From NCBI GenBank assembly GCA_964493385.1, contig CAZBNW010000003.1:6509-70508 (forward strand): a stretch of DNA of 64,000 bases, written 5' to 3'. Source of the stretch: an uncultured archaeon. Its GTDB lineage: Archaea; Asgardarchaeota; Lokiarchaeia; Sigyniarchaeales; SOKP01. The position numbers were made by a program, and so were the translations under genes. The notes under the pieces are model-generated. The model was not told the origin of the DNA. It did not search any database and was given only the letters and a program-made list of their open reading frames with translations. Below are positions 17,797 to 27,418 of this stretch, one piece after another; the first letter of the stretch is position 1, and each line of letters opens with the position of its first letter.

Positions 17797-17894
17797 ATTG
17801 ATTAGGTTAAATGAGAAAAAATATAAACTTTAATGCCATTTTTACATTTATTAATTTTTATTCGAAATAATATTGGTAGGATTAACGTTCTGTC

Positions 17895-18641
17895 ATGGCT
17901 AAAAAAAACAAAAGACGTTTAAAACGTGGTCATCCAATAGCAATTCTCATTGGTCTACATGATAATGATGCTGTAATCTGGAGAATATTTAGTGAAACAA
18001 TTATGCTACACTTCAAGATAAAACGTGGAAGGAAGAGAAGAAACCAAGATAAAAAGCAATTGTATCATTTTCATGAGGAAATCATTAACGTATTAAGACC
18101 TATAATTAAAGAAGGTATTAGAAGTGTTATATTGCTCTCCCCACCAAAAGAAGAATATTCAGATGAGTTTCTTAATCACGTTAATAAGCATCATTCATGG
18201 CTATTAAAAAAAGGAGATAAACAAGTTGTTTTTTCTAAGATCATAGGTAGTCAGGCAAAAACTCAAAAGGATGTGTATTACCTAAAAACACAAGAATATT
18301 TTAAAGATATCGTTGATGAAACTTCAAATCAAGAAGGTTTGTTGATTTTAGAAAAACTGACAGAAATTATTAACAGAAATGAAAAGTTCTCAAAGATTCT
18401 TTATACTTGGAGAGAAATCGAACAAGATCTAAGACTTATAAAGAAATCTCCTAATCTCCCTAGGCCAAATTATATTATCCTGACTGAAGAATTTCTAAAA
18501 AATCCAAAAAATAGAAATAAAACACATCGAATTTTACAGATCGCAAAACATCTTGAGATTAAAACTAAAATCGTCAAGCAAGAATCCGAAGCGGGTGCTA
18601 TCGTAGACCAATTTGGAGGGTTAGTATGTTATTTTGAATAG
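17895..18641 (+). CDS. eRF1/Pelota-like protein with central + C-terminal domains only, no GGQ
   Basis: C-terminal SEAGAIVDQFGGLVCYFE resembles the s.eG.qL..fGGIaaiLRy ending of aRF1/Pelota. IAILIGLHDNDAVIWRIF and QLYHFHEEIINVLRP...IRSVILLSPP resemble the central-domain core. The loop KRGRKRRNQDKKQ sits where GGQ would be. Confidence 0.45.
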   Translation: MAKKNKRRLKRGHPIAILIGLHDNDAVIWRIFSETIMLHFKIKRGRKRRNQDKKQLYHFHEEIINVLRPIIKEGIRSVILLSPPKEEYSDEFLNHVNKHHSWLLKKGDKQVVFSKIIGSQAKTQKDVYYLKTQEYFKDIVDETSNQEGLLILEKLTEIINRNEKFSKILYTWREIEQDLRLIKKSPNLPRPNYIILTEEFLKNPKNRNKTHRILQIAKHLEIKTKIVKQESEAGAIVDQFGGLVCYFE

Positions 18642-18739
18642 AGTTTTGTTGGAAAGCAACCTCTTATTTTATATTTATTAAAAAAAAAACAATAAATACT
18701 TTAAGAATTTACATATACTTAAATCGGAGTATCATTAAA

Positions 18740-19315
18740 ATGGACGTAAGTGAAGTTAGGGAGCATTTAGGAGAGGAGTTTGGCTTTATTTTTGAGAATA
18801 CCAATCCCATTGTTCAAGAGCTAGAATTAGATCTTAAAGCGAAAATTTTAGATATAGGAACTGGGGAAGGTAGAATGGCAATAACTCTTGCGTTAAACGA
18901 CTATAAAGTGCTTACCGGAGAATTAGAAAGTGACGAGTCAGAGTATGCTAAAAAAAACTGGTTAGAATCTGCTAAAAAAGTAGGAGTCGATCATTTAATT
19001 ACCTACAAACCAATTAACGCCGAAGTAATGCCCTTTGAAGATGAATCTTTCGATGCCATATTTTTATCTGGAACTTTGCATCATATTGAAGATCAACAGG
19101 CGGCTTTTAGCGAAAGCGTTCGGGTACTTAAATCTGATGGAATAATATGTATTTTCGAACCTAACCCCTTAGCATTAGGCATAATACGGGAAAGAAAGTT
19201 TCCAAACCATCCACACGCTGCTGATCCTAGAAAATATAATAAGAAATCGCAATTACCTGTGGAGATTAAAAAAACCTATTTTTACGATGCTTATATTTTT
19301 CATAAAAGAAAGTAA
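18740..19315 (+). CDS. Class I SAM-dependent methyltransferase
   Basis: ILDIGTGEGRMA (motif I) and FDAIFLSGTLHHI. Confidence 0.8.
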   Translation: MDVSEVREHLGEEFGFIFENTNPIVQELELDLKAKILDIGTGEGRMAITLALNDYKVLTGELESDESEYAKKNWLESAKKVGVDHLITYKPINAEVMPFEDESFDAIFLSGTLHHIEDQQAAFSESVRVLKSDGIICIFEPNPLALGIIRERKFPNHPHAADPRKYNKKSQLPVEIKKTYFYDAYIFHKRK

Positions 19316-19350
19316 TTAAATTTTAAATTGTATAAAATGAGGGATAAAAA

Positions 19351-19914
19351 ATGGAAAAAACCAAAGTATTAATTGCTTATGGTACTCGTTATGGAGCAAC
19401 AACTGGTACCGCTGAAGAAATTGCTAAGGTTCTTCAAGGTGAAGAATTTGCGGTAAAAGTGGTTAATCTCAAAGAAGAAAAGGTCAAAGATATCACAGAA
19501 TATGAACTTGTTATAGTTGGGAGTGGAATGAAAATAAACATGTGGACGAGCAAAGCTAAAGCATTTTTAAACAAATTTAGCGGTAAGCTCAAGAAAAAGA
19601 AAGTGGCGATCTTCGTGTCGTCTGGTGGACGTGCGCTCATGGAATATAAAGGAGAATATGATGAAATTAATAGGATTACAAAAAAATATCTTGAAGATAA
19701 AGCTTCTAAATATAGTTTAAATCCAATTTCAATGAATATGTTTGGAGGTATCTGGGACTATAATCAGATGGGTAAAATTTATAGAAAAGCCCTAGATGCT
19801 GAAAAAGACAATTTCATTCCGGCTGGATTTAAAGAAACAGAGCCAGGAGTTTATGATTCAAGAAATTGGGATGAAATTCGTAAATGGGCTAAAGACTTAG
19901 CTAGTAAGATTTAA
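19351..19914 (+). CDS. Flavodoxin-domain protein
   Basis: KVLIAYGTRYGATTGTAEEIA is a typical flavodoxin FMN-phosphate loop. Confidence 0.7.
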   Translation: MEKTKVLIAYGTRYGATTGTAEEIAKVLQGEEFAVKVVNLKEEKVKDITEYELVIVGSGMKINMWTSKAKAFLNKFSGKLKKKKVAIFVSSGGRALMEYKGEYDEINRITKKYLEDKASKYSLNPISMNMFGGIWDYNQMGKIYRKALDAEKDNFIPAGFKETEPGVYDSRNWDEIRKWAKDLASKI

Positions 19915-20082
19915 ATCCACCCTTTTCGGAATAAGACATTTTAAGAACATTCTATATCTTTTTTTTAAATATTTAACTTAGATTTGTTTAAATAAGATTT
20001 AATTCTAAAGTCTCATTAAATCATCCATAGTTTAAAATCATCTTTTTAATTTAATATTTAAAATTTTATTGAGTGAAAATCT

Positions 20083-22263
20083 ATGATATTAACAGAAATT
20101 AAATATGAAATTCACGAAGTACAAAAGGGTTATGCTAATAGAACCTTATATATTAATCTCACTAAAAATGAGATTGTAATAAAACCAGTCACAGATGAGA
20201 TGAAGGAAAAATTCATAGGTGGTAAAGGCTTCGATCTTTGGCTCATGTGGAACTCTCTCCCCAAAGATAGAATAAAAAAATGGGATGATCCTGAAAATGA
20301 AATTTGTATTTCCTCCGGTCCATTAGGAGGTAGTATTTTTTATCCAGGATCAGGTAAATCCTTAGTTACTTCAATATCTCCTTTGACAGGTATAATTGTC
20401 GATAGCAATGTAGGTGGTTATTTTGGACCCTATCTTAAGTTTTCTGGATTTGATGCCATTGAGATTCAAGGAAAGGCAGATGGCGATGTAATAATCTATA
20501 TTGATGGAATAGAAGGAGTAGTCCAAATATATCGAGTACAAGATTCAGATGGATTTTCAAAATATTCACATGAACTAACTCAACAATTAACAGACAAATA
20601 TGCAAAAGAGGATGCTGAAAAGAGACAGATTTCAGTGGTAAGCAGTGGTCCAGCAGCTAAACACTCAAAATGGGGGATGCTGAATTTTTCTTGGTACACC
20701 ACTACTCGTAAATATGCTTCTGTTAAACAAGCGGGGAGAGGTGGAATAGGTACTGTATTTACTGATAAAAAAATAAAGGCCTTAGTTTGTCGTACTCCTA
20801 GAGTCACAGTAAAATCAAATAATCCTGCAGATTTAGAGACTGCTAGAGATTTGGGAAAAATACATAGTAAGGAAATAGTTAATATTGATCCCTCCCAGAA
20901 TGAAATGAGGAGAGTTGGAACGGGATATTTGCCTGATATAATGAATATTGTTGATCTTTTACCAGTTGAAAATTTTCGTTATGGCTCTCATAAAGAAATA
21001 AAAGATAAAGGAATCCCTTATAATCGTGAAGAGATGCGTAAAGTTTATAATGTTAAAGAAGGTACAGATGGTTGTTGGATTGGTTGTACAATGAGCTGCT
21101 CACACTATACAACTGGACATAAAGTTATGACTGGTCCTTTTAAAGGTCAAGATGTGATCGTAGATGGTCCAGAATATGAAACTATAGCAGGATGTGGATC
21201 AAATTGGGGTGTTTGGGATATAAAATGGGTTCTTGAAGTGAATTTCTATTGTGATACATACGGATTGGACACTATCTCAACAGGTACTGGAATTGGGTTT
21301 GTGATGGAATGTTTTGAGGAAGGAATCCTAAATAAAGAAATCACGGGAGGTCTTGAGCTTAATTTCGGAAATGCTGAAGCTGCTCTAGAATTATTGCATC
21401 AGATGGCGCGAGGAGAAGGTTTTGGTGTAATAGTTGGTAAAGGAATAAGAGAAATGAAAAAATATTTTGCTGAGAATTATGGTAGAGATCCTCAATTTCT
21501 TCAGGATATTGGCATGGAACATAAAGGATTAGAATTTTCTGAATATATAACAAAAGAATCCCTTGCTCAACAGGGTGGATATGGGTTAGCACTCAAAGGA
21601 CCTCAACATGATGAAGCATGGTTAATTTTTGAAGATATGGTAAGAAATACAATTCCAACATTTGAAGATAAAGCTAAGGCATTAAAGTGGTTTCCTTATT
21701 GGCGTACTTGGTTCGGATTGAATGGTCTTTGTAAATTACCTTGGAATGATGCAATAGGCCCACAAAATAAAGAGCTTCCTATAAAAGATCCTAATACAGG
21801 AGAACTCCTCCAAGCAAGGATACCTTATCATGTTGAATGGTATGCTAAATTTTTTTCAGCAGTTACTGGAAAAGATTCTAATCCAGATGATCTTATTAAA
21901 ATGTCAGAACGAGTTTACAATTTTCAAAGAATTTTTAATATTCGCTTAGGACAAGGTTTACGTGACGGAGACTCGAATCTACCTTATAGAGCAATGGGAC
22001 CTGTTTTACCTTTAGAATACGAGAGTCGCCAAGAGAGATATGATAACCAACTACAAGAATTAGGAATCCACTTAGCTGATAAAACAACAGAAGAAAAGAT
22101 TAAAATTCTTCGAAAACATCGCGAAGAACAATATTCGAAACTTCAAGATGCTGTGTATAAAGAACGGGGATGGAATCAAAATGGTTGCCCAACAATTGAA
22201 AAAGTTAAAGAACTCGGAATTGATTATGAAGATGTCATAAAGTTCATAAAACCTCATCAATGA
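20083..22263 (+). CDS. Aldehyde:ferredoxin oxidoreductase (AOR) family tungstoenzyme, long paralog (726 aa)
   Basis: N-terminal YANRTLYINL...GGKGF, DGPEYETIAGCGSNWG, GLDTISTG. The cluster cysteines are spaced CWIGCTMSC (Cx3Cx3C), unlike the CxxCxxxC of the second paralog. Confidence 0.85.
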   Translation: MILTEIKYEIHEVQKGYANRTLYINLTKNEIVIKPVTDEMKEKFIGGKGFDLWLMWNSLPKDRIKKWDDPENEICISSGPLGGSIFYPGSGKSLVTSISPLTGIIVDSNVGGYFGPYLKFSGFDAIEIQGKADGDVIIYIDGIEGVVQIYRVQDSDGFSKYSHELTQQLTDKYAKEDAEKRQISVVSSGPAAKHSKWGMLNFSWYTTTRKYASVKQAGRGGIGTVFTDKKIKALVCRTPRVTVKSNNPADLETARDLGKIHSKEIVNIDPSQNEMRRVGTGYLPDIMNIVDLLPVENFRYGSHKEIKDKGIPYNREEMRKVYNVKEGTDGCWIGCTMSCSHYTTGHKVMTGPFKGQDVIVDGPEYETIAGCGSNWGVWDIKWVLEVNFYCDTYGLDTISTGTGIGFVMECFEEGILNKEITGGLELNFGNAEAALELLHQMARGEGFGVIVGKGIREMKKYFAENYGRDPQFLQDIGMEHKGLEFSEYITKESLAQQGGYGLALKGPQHDEAWLIFEDMVRNTIPTFEDKAKALKWFPYWRTWFGLNGLCKLPWNDAIGPQNKELPIKDPNTGELLQARIPYHVEWYAKFFSAVTGKDSNPDDLIKMSERVYNFQRIFNIRLGQGLRDGDSNLPYRAMGPVLPLEYESRQERYDNQLQELGIHLADKTTEEKIKILRKHREEQYSKLQDAVYKERGWNQNGCPTIEKVKELGIDYEDVIKFIKPHQ

Positions 22264-22294
22264 ATATTCTTAAAAATACCAATTTAGATTTTAA

Positions 22295-24376
22295 ATGGAA
22301 GATATAAAAACACATCCTATTTTAGAGGTACCAGAAAGAAAAAAGATAAATTTTAGTTTTGATGGTAAAAAGTTAACTGGATTTGAAGGAATGGTTATAT
22401 CTTCTGCACTTTTTCTTAATAAAATAAAAATTTTTGGTTATCACGTAAAGGATAACAGCCCACAGGGTATGTTTTGTGCTAATGGACAATGTGCTCAATG
22501 TAATGTCATTGTAGATGATATTCCTGTAAAAGCATGCATGACACTTCTTAAGGAGGGGATGGTAATAGAAAGTTGTAATGGATTGCCAGAATTACCGGCT
22601 ATTGATATCCCTGTGACTGTTGGAGATTCTGAAATTATCGACACAGAAGTGCTTGTGATTGGTGCTGGTCCAGCTGGATTATCAGCCACAAAAATATTAG
22701 GAGAAAATAAAATTGCGGTGATCTTAATAGATGACAAAACTGAACTTGGAGGTAAATTAGTTCTTCAGACACATAAATTTTTTGGCTCAGAAAAAGATGT
22801 ATATGCTGGCAAACGTGGTATAGACATTGCGAAAATTTTAGGAGAATCTATACGAGAGTTATCGAATGTTAAAGTTTGGCTAAACAGTGTTTGTTTAGCA
22901 GTATTTAGTGATGGAATGGTAGGAATTTTAAAGGATAATAAGTATGTATTGGTAAAGCCTAAGTACTTATTAATTGCTACTGGCGCACGGGAAAAAATGT
23001 TAGTTTTTCCTGGAAATACTCTTCCTGGAGTATATGGTGCTGGAGCTTTTCAAACCTTAGTAAATCGTGATTTGATAAAAGCCGCGGACAAAATTTTTAT
23101 TGTTGGAGGAGGGAATGTTGGTTTAATTGCTGGATATCATGCAATACAAGCCGGAATAGAAGTGGTCGGTTTAATTGAAGCATTACCTCAATGTGGCGGT
23201 TATAGAGTTCATGAAGATAAACTTAGAAGATTAGGTGTTCCAATTTATACAAGCTATACAATTGTATCTGCAAATGGAGAAAATAATGTAGAATCTATAA
23301 CAGTTGCACAAATCGATAAAAATTTTAATGTTATATCTGGGACTGAAAAAACATTTCCTTGTGATACAATTTTAATTGCTGTAGGATTAAATCCTGTTGA
23401 TGAATTTTATCAGAAGGCAAAAGAATTTGGATTTAAGGTTTGGGTTGCTGGTGATGCTCAAGAAATCGCTGAGGCTTCTGCTGCTATATTTACTGGGAGA
23501 ATTGAAGCTTTAAAGATTCTTAAAGAAATTGGACTTGAAATTTCAGAAGACCTTAATGAATTAGAAGATTTCGCCGAAGTTATGAAAGCAAAACCTCCAC
23601 AACCTATTGAAACGAAAATAAGATTTAAAGAAGAAGGAATCTATCCTATTTTTTATTGTAATCAAGAAATTCCTTGTAATCCATGTACAACTGTATGTGA
23701 TCAACAGCAAATTGAGACTATTGATGATTTAATTACTCAATTACCATATTTTAAGGGTGAACAAGATTGTATAGGATGTGGAAAATGTGTAGCTGTATGT
23801 CCTGGTTTAGCCGTTGTATTAATTGATTACCGAAAAGATAAAGGCAATCCACTAGTTACTTTTCCATTTGAACTTACTGAAAAAAAATTAGAAAAAGGAC
23901 AAAAAGTTATTGTTGTTGGTAATGAAAAAGAATTAGGGGCATTTGAAATTCATAGATCAAGATTATTAAAAGAATTTCCTAAGACTCAACTAATAACTAT
24001 TAAATTACCATCAGAAATTGCAAAACAAGCTGTAGCAATTAAACTTTATGAGACTAAATTTAATGAGCCAATAGATTTATACCAACAATCATTCACTGAC
24101 GATGAAATAATAGTTTGTAGATGTGAACGTGTCTCGGTAGGCGAAATTCGAAGGTGGATACGTTCAGGAGTCAGAGATTTTAATGAATTGAAAGCTTTAA
24201 CTAAAATAGGGATGGGAGCTTGTGGAGGTAAAACGTGCACTCCTTTAATTGAGAAAATATTTATGGAAGAGGGAGTGTCTATTGATGAGGTTACTCCTGG
24301 TACAAAACGTCCTCTATTTATTGAAGTTCCAATGGGCATATTTGCTAATGTTGAAAATACAAAGGAGGAGCCGTAG
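22295..24376 (+). CDS. Multi-domain Fe-S flavoprotein (2Fe-2S + FAD/NAD(P) + 4Fe-4S ferredoxin + BFD-like 2Fe-2S), of the sarcosine oxidase alpha / proline dehydrogenase alpha / HcnB-OoxA type
   Basis: CANGQCAQCNV...KAC near the N-terminus, VLVIGAGPAGLSA and IFIVGGGNVGL (two Rossmann GxGxxG), CIGCGKCVAVCPG, and C-terminal CRCERV...ACGGKTC. Confidence 0.65.
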   Translation: MEDIKTHPILEVPERKKINFSFDGKKLTGFEGMVISSALFLNKIKIFGYHVKDNSPQGMFCANGQCAQCNVIVDDIPVKACMTLLKEGMVIESCNGLPELPAIDIPVTVGDSEIIDTEVLVIGAGPAGLSATKILGENKIAVILIDDKTELGGKLVLQTHKFFGSEKDVYAGKRGIDIAKILGESIRELSNVKVWLNSVCLAVFSDGMVGILKDNKYVLVKPKYLLIATGAREKMLVFPGNTLPGVYGAGAFQTLVNRDLIKAADKIFIVGGGNVGLIAGYHAIQAGIEVVGLIEALPQCGGYRVHEDKLRRLGVPIYTSYTIVSANGENNVESITVAQIDKNFNVISGTEKTFPCDTILIAVGLNPVDEFYQKAKEFGFKVWVAGDAQEIAEASAAIFTGRIEALKILKEIGLEISEDLNELEDFAEVMKAKPPQPIETKIRFKEEGIYPIFYCNQEIPCNPCTTVCDQQQIETIDDLITQLPYFKGEQDCIGCGKCVAVCPGLAVVLIDYRKDKGNPLVTFPFELTEKKLEKGQKVIVVGNEKELGAFEIHRSRLLKEFPKTQLITIKLPSEIAKQAVAIKLYETKFNEPIDLYQQSFTDDEIIVCRCERVSVGEIRRWIRSGVRDFNELKALTKIGMGACGGKTCTPLIEKIFMEEGVSIDEVTPGTKRPLFIEVPMGIFANVENTKEEP

Positions 24377-25543
24377 ATGGTTGAATATGATGTGATTATC
24401 ATTGGTGCTGGAAGTGTCGGTGTCCCAATTGCTTTAGCTACGGTAAATGATGGATTAGAAACATTAGTTATCGATTCTTTGCCTTCGGTTGCTCAAGCAG
24501 ACAATAAGCATGCTATTGGCGGTATTAGAGCTACTCATTCCCATAAAGGAAAGATATGGTTATGCCAAAGGTCAATAGATATTTTTTCTTCTTGGGAAGA
24601 AAAGTATGGAGATGATATCTGGTGGGATCAAGGAGGTTATACTTTCTTAGCTTTTACAGAAGAACATGACAATTTCTTAAAAGATACAGTAAAACTTCAA
24701 AAGAGTTACGGTCTGAATATTAACTATGTTGACGCTGAAAGAATCAAAGAAATTATACCGGGAATCAATAATAATGAATTATTTGGTGGAACATATAGTC
24801 CTGAAGATGGTAATGCTTCACCTTTATTGGCTTTACATTCATTCTATAGGCATTCAAAAGATTTAGGGGCAAAATACCTTTTTAATGAGAAAGTTATTGA
24901 TATCTTAACCAAAGGAGGTAAAGTTGTAGGGGTTAAAACTTCCAATGGAAAATATAATACCAACACTATTATTAATGCTGCAGGAGCTCATGCTAAAGAG
25001 ATTGGTGATATGGTTAGTGTTAATACTCCAGTAGAACCAGAATCTCATGAAGCAGGAATAACTGAGCCGGTAAAGAAATTTTTCTCACCCATGATTGTTG
25101 ATATTAAACCATTTGTCGACCCTAAATTTGGAAATTCAAAAAACTATTATTTCTATCAAAATAAAGAAGGTAAAATTATTTTTTGTTTGAGCCCTGAACC
25201 AAACATTCCTGGAATTGACAGACGAGAAACGAGTTCTTTCCTACCTCAAATCTCAAAAAGAATGATTCAATTGTTGCCACGTTTAAGAAATATAAAAGTT
25301 AGAAGAACTTGGCGTGGGTTATACCCTATGACTCCAGATGGAAATCCCATAATCGGTAAAAATAATGCACTAGAGGGTTATATTAATGCGGTTGGTATGG
25401 CTGGACAAGGTTTTATGTTAGGTCCTGGGGTAGGAGAACTTTTGAGTCGCCTTTTAACAGAAAGAGCAGATTCAAGGGATAACGAAATTTTAAATTCATT
25501 CTCTTGTAATCGTGATTTTTGTTTTGAAGAAGAATTAAAATAG
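24377..25543 (+). CDS. DAO-family FAD-dependent oxidoreductase (sarcosine oxidase beta / L-proline dehydrogenase beta-like)
   Basis: YDVIIIGAGSVGVPIA (dinucleotide fold) and C-terminal GMAGQGFMLGPGVG. The start lies 0 nt after the upstream stop. Confidence 0.7.
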   Translation: MVEYDVIIIGAGSVGVPIALATVNDGLETLVIDSLPSVAQADNKHAIGGIRATHSHKGKIWLCQRSIDIFSSWEEKYGDDIWWDQGGYTFLAFTEEHDNFLKDTVKLQKSYGLNINYVDAERIKEIIPGINNNELFGGTYSPEDGNASPLLALHSFYRHSKDLGAKYLFNEKVIDILTKGGKVVGVKTSNGKYNTNTIINAAGAHAKEIGDMVSVNTPVEPESHEAGITEPVKKFFSPMIVDIKPFVDPKFGNSKNYYFYQNKEGKIIFCLSPEPNIPGIDRRETSSFLPQISKRMIQLLPRLRNIKVRRTWRGLYPMTPDGNPIIGKNNALEGYINAVGMAGQGFMLGPGVGELLSRLLTERADSRDNEILNSFSCNRDFCFEEELK

Positions 25544-25640
25544 CCAACGGAAAAAAAATCATATAAAAATTAACTTACATTTAAAATAACTTAAGAAAAT
25601 TAGGTTTGTTTATTCAAATTTATGTAATAAGTGATTAAAA

Positions 25641-26573
25641 ATGGTTCGACATCTTTTAAAAGTCTCTGATTTTTCAAAAGAGGAATGCAAGAAGGTTATT
25701 AATAAATCAATTGAGATAAAGAAAAATCCTAAAAAATACACTTCTCTTTTAGAGGGGGAAACTCTATTAATGTTATTTGAAAAACCTTCATTGAGAACTC
25801 GAATATCTTTTGAAACAGGAATGCAACAATTAGGTGGACATGCGATTTTTTATTCAATAAAAGATTCTCCTTTAGGTAAAAAGGAAAATATAAGCGATAC
25901 AGCAAAAGTTGCCTCAAGATTTGTAAATTTAATAGCTGCTCGAGTTTTTAAACGTCAAGATATATGGGATCTCGCTAAATATTCCGATGTTCCTGTTATT
26001 AATATGCTTGATGATTTTGCTCATCCATGCCAAATTCTTGGTGACTTTCAAACAATAAAAGAAAAAAAGAATCGACTCGATAACATGAAATTATCCTATT
26101 TTGGAGATGCATACAATAATGTAACCTATGATTTAATGCGAATGTGTGCAATTTTTGGCTGGAGAATGGATGTTGCGTGTCCTAATGCACCTCAGTATTC
26201 TCCAGAACAAGAAGTTTTGGTTGAGGTTTCAGAACTTTCAAAACAAACTGGAGCTGACGTCCGTGTGGTTCATGATGCAATCGAAGCTGCTAGAGACGCA
26301 GACGTTATATATACTGATAGCTGGATGAGTTATGGTATACCACAAGAACAGGAAGAAAAACGGAAAAAAGCCTTTATGGTTTACCAAGTCTCTTCATCAA
26401 TTATGGACGCTGCGAATTCCAATGCGGTATTTATGAATTGTTTACCGGCTATGCGAAATTACGAACAAACAGCTGAAGTAATTGATGGTCTACAATCAAT
26501 TGTTTTTGATCAGGCTGAAAATCGATTACATATTCAGAAAGCAATTATGTTATTTTTACGAAACAAATTTTAG
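25641..26573 (+). CDS. Ornithine-carbamoyltransferase-family enzyme with non-canonical substrate motifs
   Basis: Collinear with OTC as I remember it: FEKPSLRTRISFE, HPCQILGD, AENRLHIQKA. However, SLRTR replaces STRTR, DSWMSYG replaces DxWxSMG, and FMNCLPA replaces FMHCLPA. Confidence 0.7.
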   Translation: MVRHLLKVSDFSKEECKKVINKSIEIKKNPKKYTSLLEGETLLMLFEKPSLRTRISFETGMQQLGGHAIFYSIKDSPLGKKENISDTAKVASRFVNLIAARVFKRQDIWDLAKYSDVPVINMLDDFAHPCQILGDFQTIKEKKNRLDNMKLSYFGDAYNNVTYDLMRMCAIFGWRMDVACPNAPQYSPEQEVLVEVSELSKQTGADVRVVHDAIEAARDADVIYTDSWMSYGIPQEQEEKRKKAFMVYQVSSSIMDAANSNAVFMNCLPAMRNYEQTAEVIDGLQSIVFDQAENRLHIQKAIMLFLRNKF

Positions 26574-26650
26574 GATAAGGTCTTTAAATCAAATTCTAAT
26601 CAATTTTATTTGAAAAGAATTTAAATATGTGTATGTATATGTGCATACAT

Positions 26651-26890
26651 ATGACTTCAAAAAATATTAGTATTACTGAGGATGTATATAAAAAATTAAT
26701 GAAAATTAAGGGAGAAAATGAAAGTTTCTCTGAGCTTTTCCTAAGATTATTAAGAATCCAAAAAAGTAATATGGAAAAAACCTTTGGAGCATGGAATCTT
26801 TCAAAAAAAGAGAGATCTGAGATTTGGGATGATATTTCAAATCGTTCTGGTCGTAGTTGGAAAAGATCAGAGATGGGTGAAATCAAGTGA
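26651..26890 (+). CDS. vapB: VapB-type antitoxin (COG1753-like)
   Basis: MTSKNISITEDVYKKLMKIKGENESFSELFLRLL is typical of small archaeal antitoxins paired with PIN toxins. The stop overlaps the vapC GTG (GTGA at 26887..26890). The track ORF begins at 26627; ATG 26651 is preferred. Confidence 0.7.
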   Translation: MTSKNISITEDVYKKLMKIKGENESFSELFLRLLRIQKSNMEKTFGAWNLSKKERSEIWDDISNRSGRSWKRSEMGEIK

Positions 26891-27294
26891 TAATTCTTGA
26901 TACTTCTGCATGCATAGATTATCTAAACGGTAATAACGCCCTTAAAAAGGTTATCTCTGAACAAGAGAATCTTATTCATCTTACTTCAATTACCATCTAT
27001 GAAGTAAGTATCGGTCTAGAACGAACAAGAAGAAGAGTTTCCGAAGAGAGATATAAAGAACTGTATAAAACATGGATGGAATTCATTAGTGGTATGGAAA
27101 TCTTCTCTTTAGGATTTAAAGAAGCGGAAAAAGCAGCAGAAATATATGATGTTCTTAAGTCCAAAGGTAAAATGATTGATGACAATGATATTTTAATTGC
27201 AGGAATAATGCTTTCAAATGGGATAAAAAAAATTATAACTAAAAATGTTAAATATTTTGAAATAATTGATGACATTGAACTAATTCAATATTAA
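26887..27294 (+). CDS. vapC: PIN-domain toxin VapC
   Basis: MIILDTSACIDYL (first acidic residue), ITIYEV (E), and DDNDILIAG (D) fit the PIN acidic residues. Confidence 0.8.
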   Translation: MIILDTSACIDYLNGNNALKKVISEQENLIHLTSITIYEVSIGLERTRRRVSEERYKELYKTWMEFISGMEIFSLGFKEAEKAAEIYDVLKSKGKMIDDNDILIAGIMLSNGIKKIITKNVKYFEIIDDIELIQY

Positions 27295-27418
27295 TTTAAA
27301 AAAAAAAATAAAGAAAATAAATAACAGCACTCATTTTACGAGAAAAATTTTAAATATTAAGTTGAATATTATTATTTTTTCCATATGTGTTAAACAACTT
27401 TATTTTGAAGGATTTTGC

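Noticed and set aside
26611-26655. The alternating purine/pyrimidine stretch atatgtgtatgtatatgtgcatacatatg upstream of vapB, read as a structured element or operator.
   Set aside because: Only 6-bp arms (ATGTAT/ATACAT) actually pair. It may be a VapB operator, but the evidence is too weak to report as a feature.
27362-27418. Upstream extensions of the carbamate kinase ORF (MNIIIFSICVKQLYFEGFC) and of vapB (26627..26650, MCMYMCIH).
   Set aside because: The conserved N-termini (MKTLIVALGGNA and MTSKNISITEDVYKKL) begin at internal ATGs, and the extensions are not family-like.
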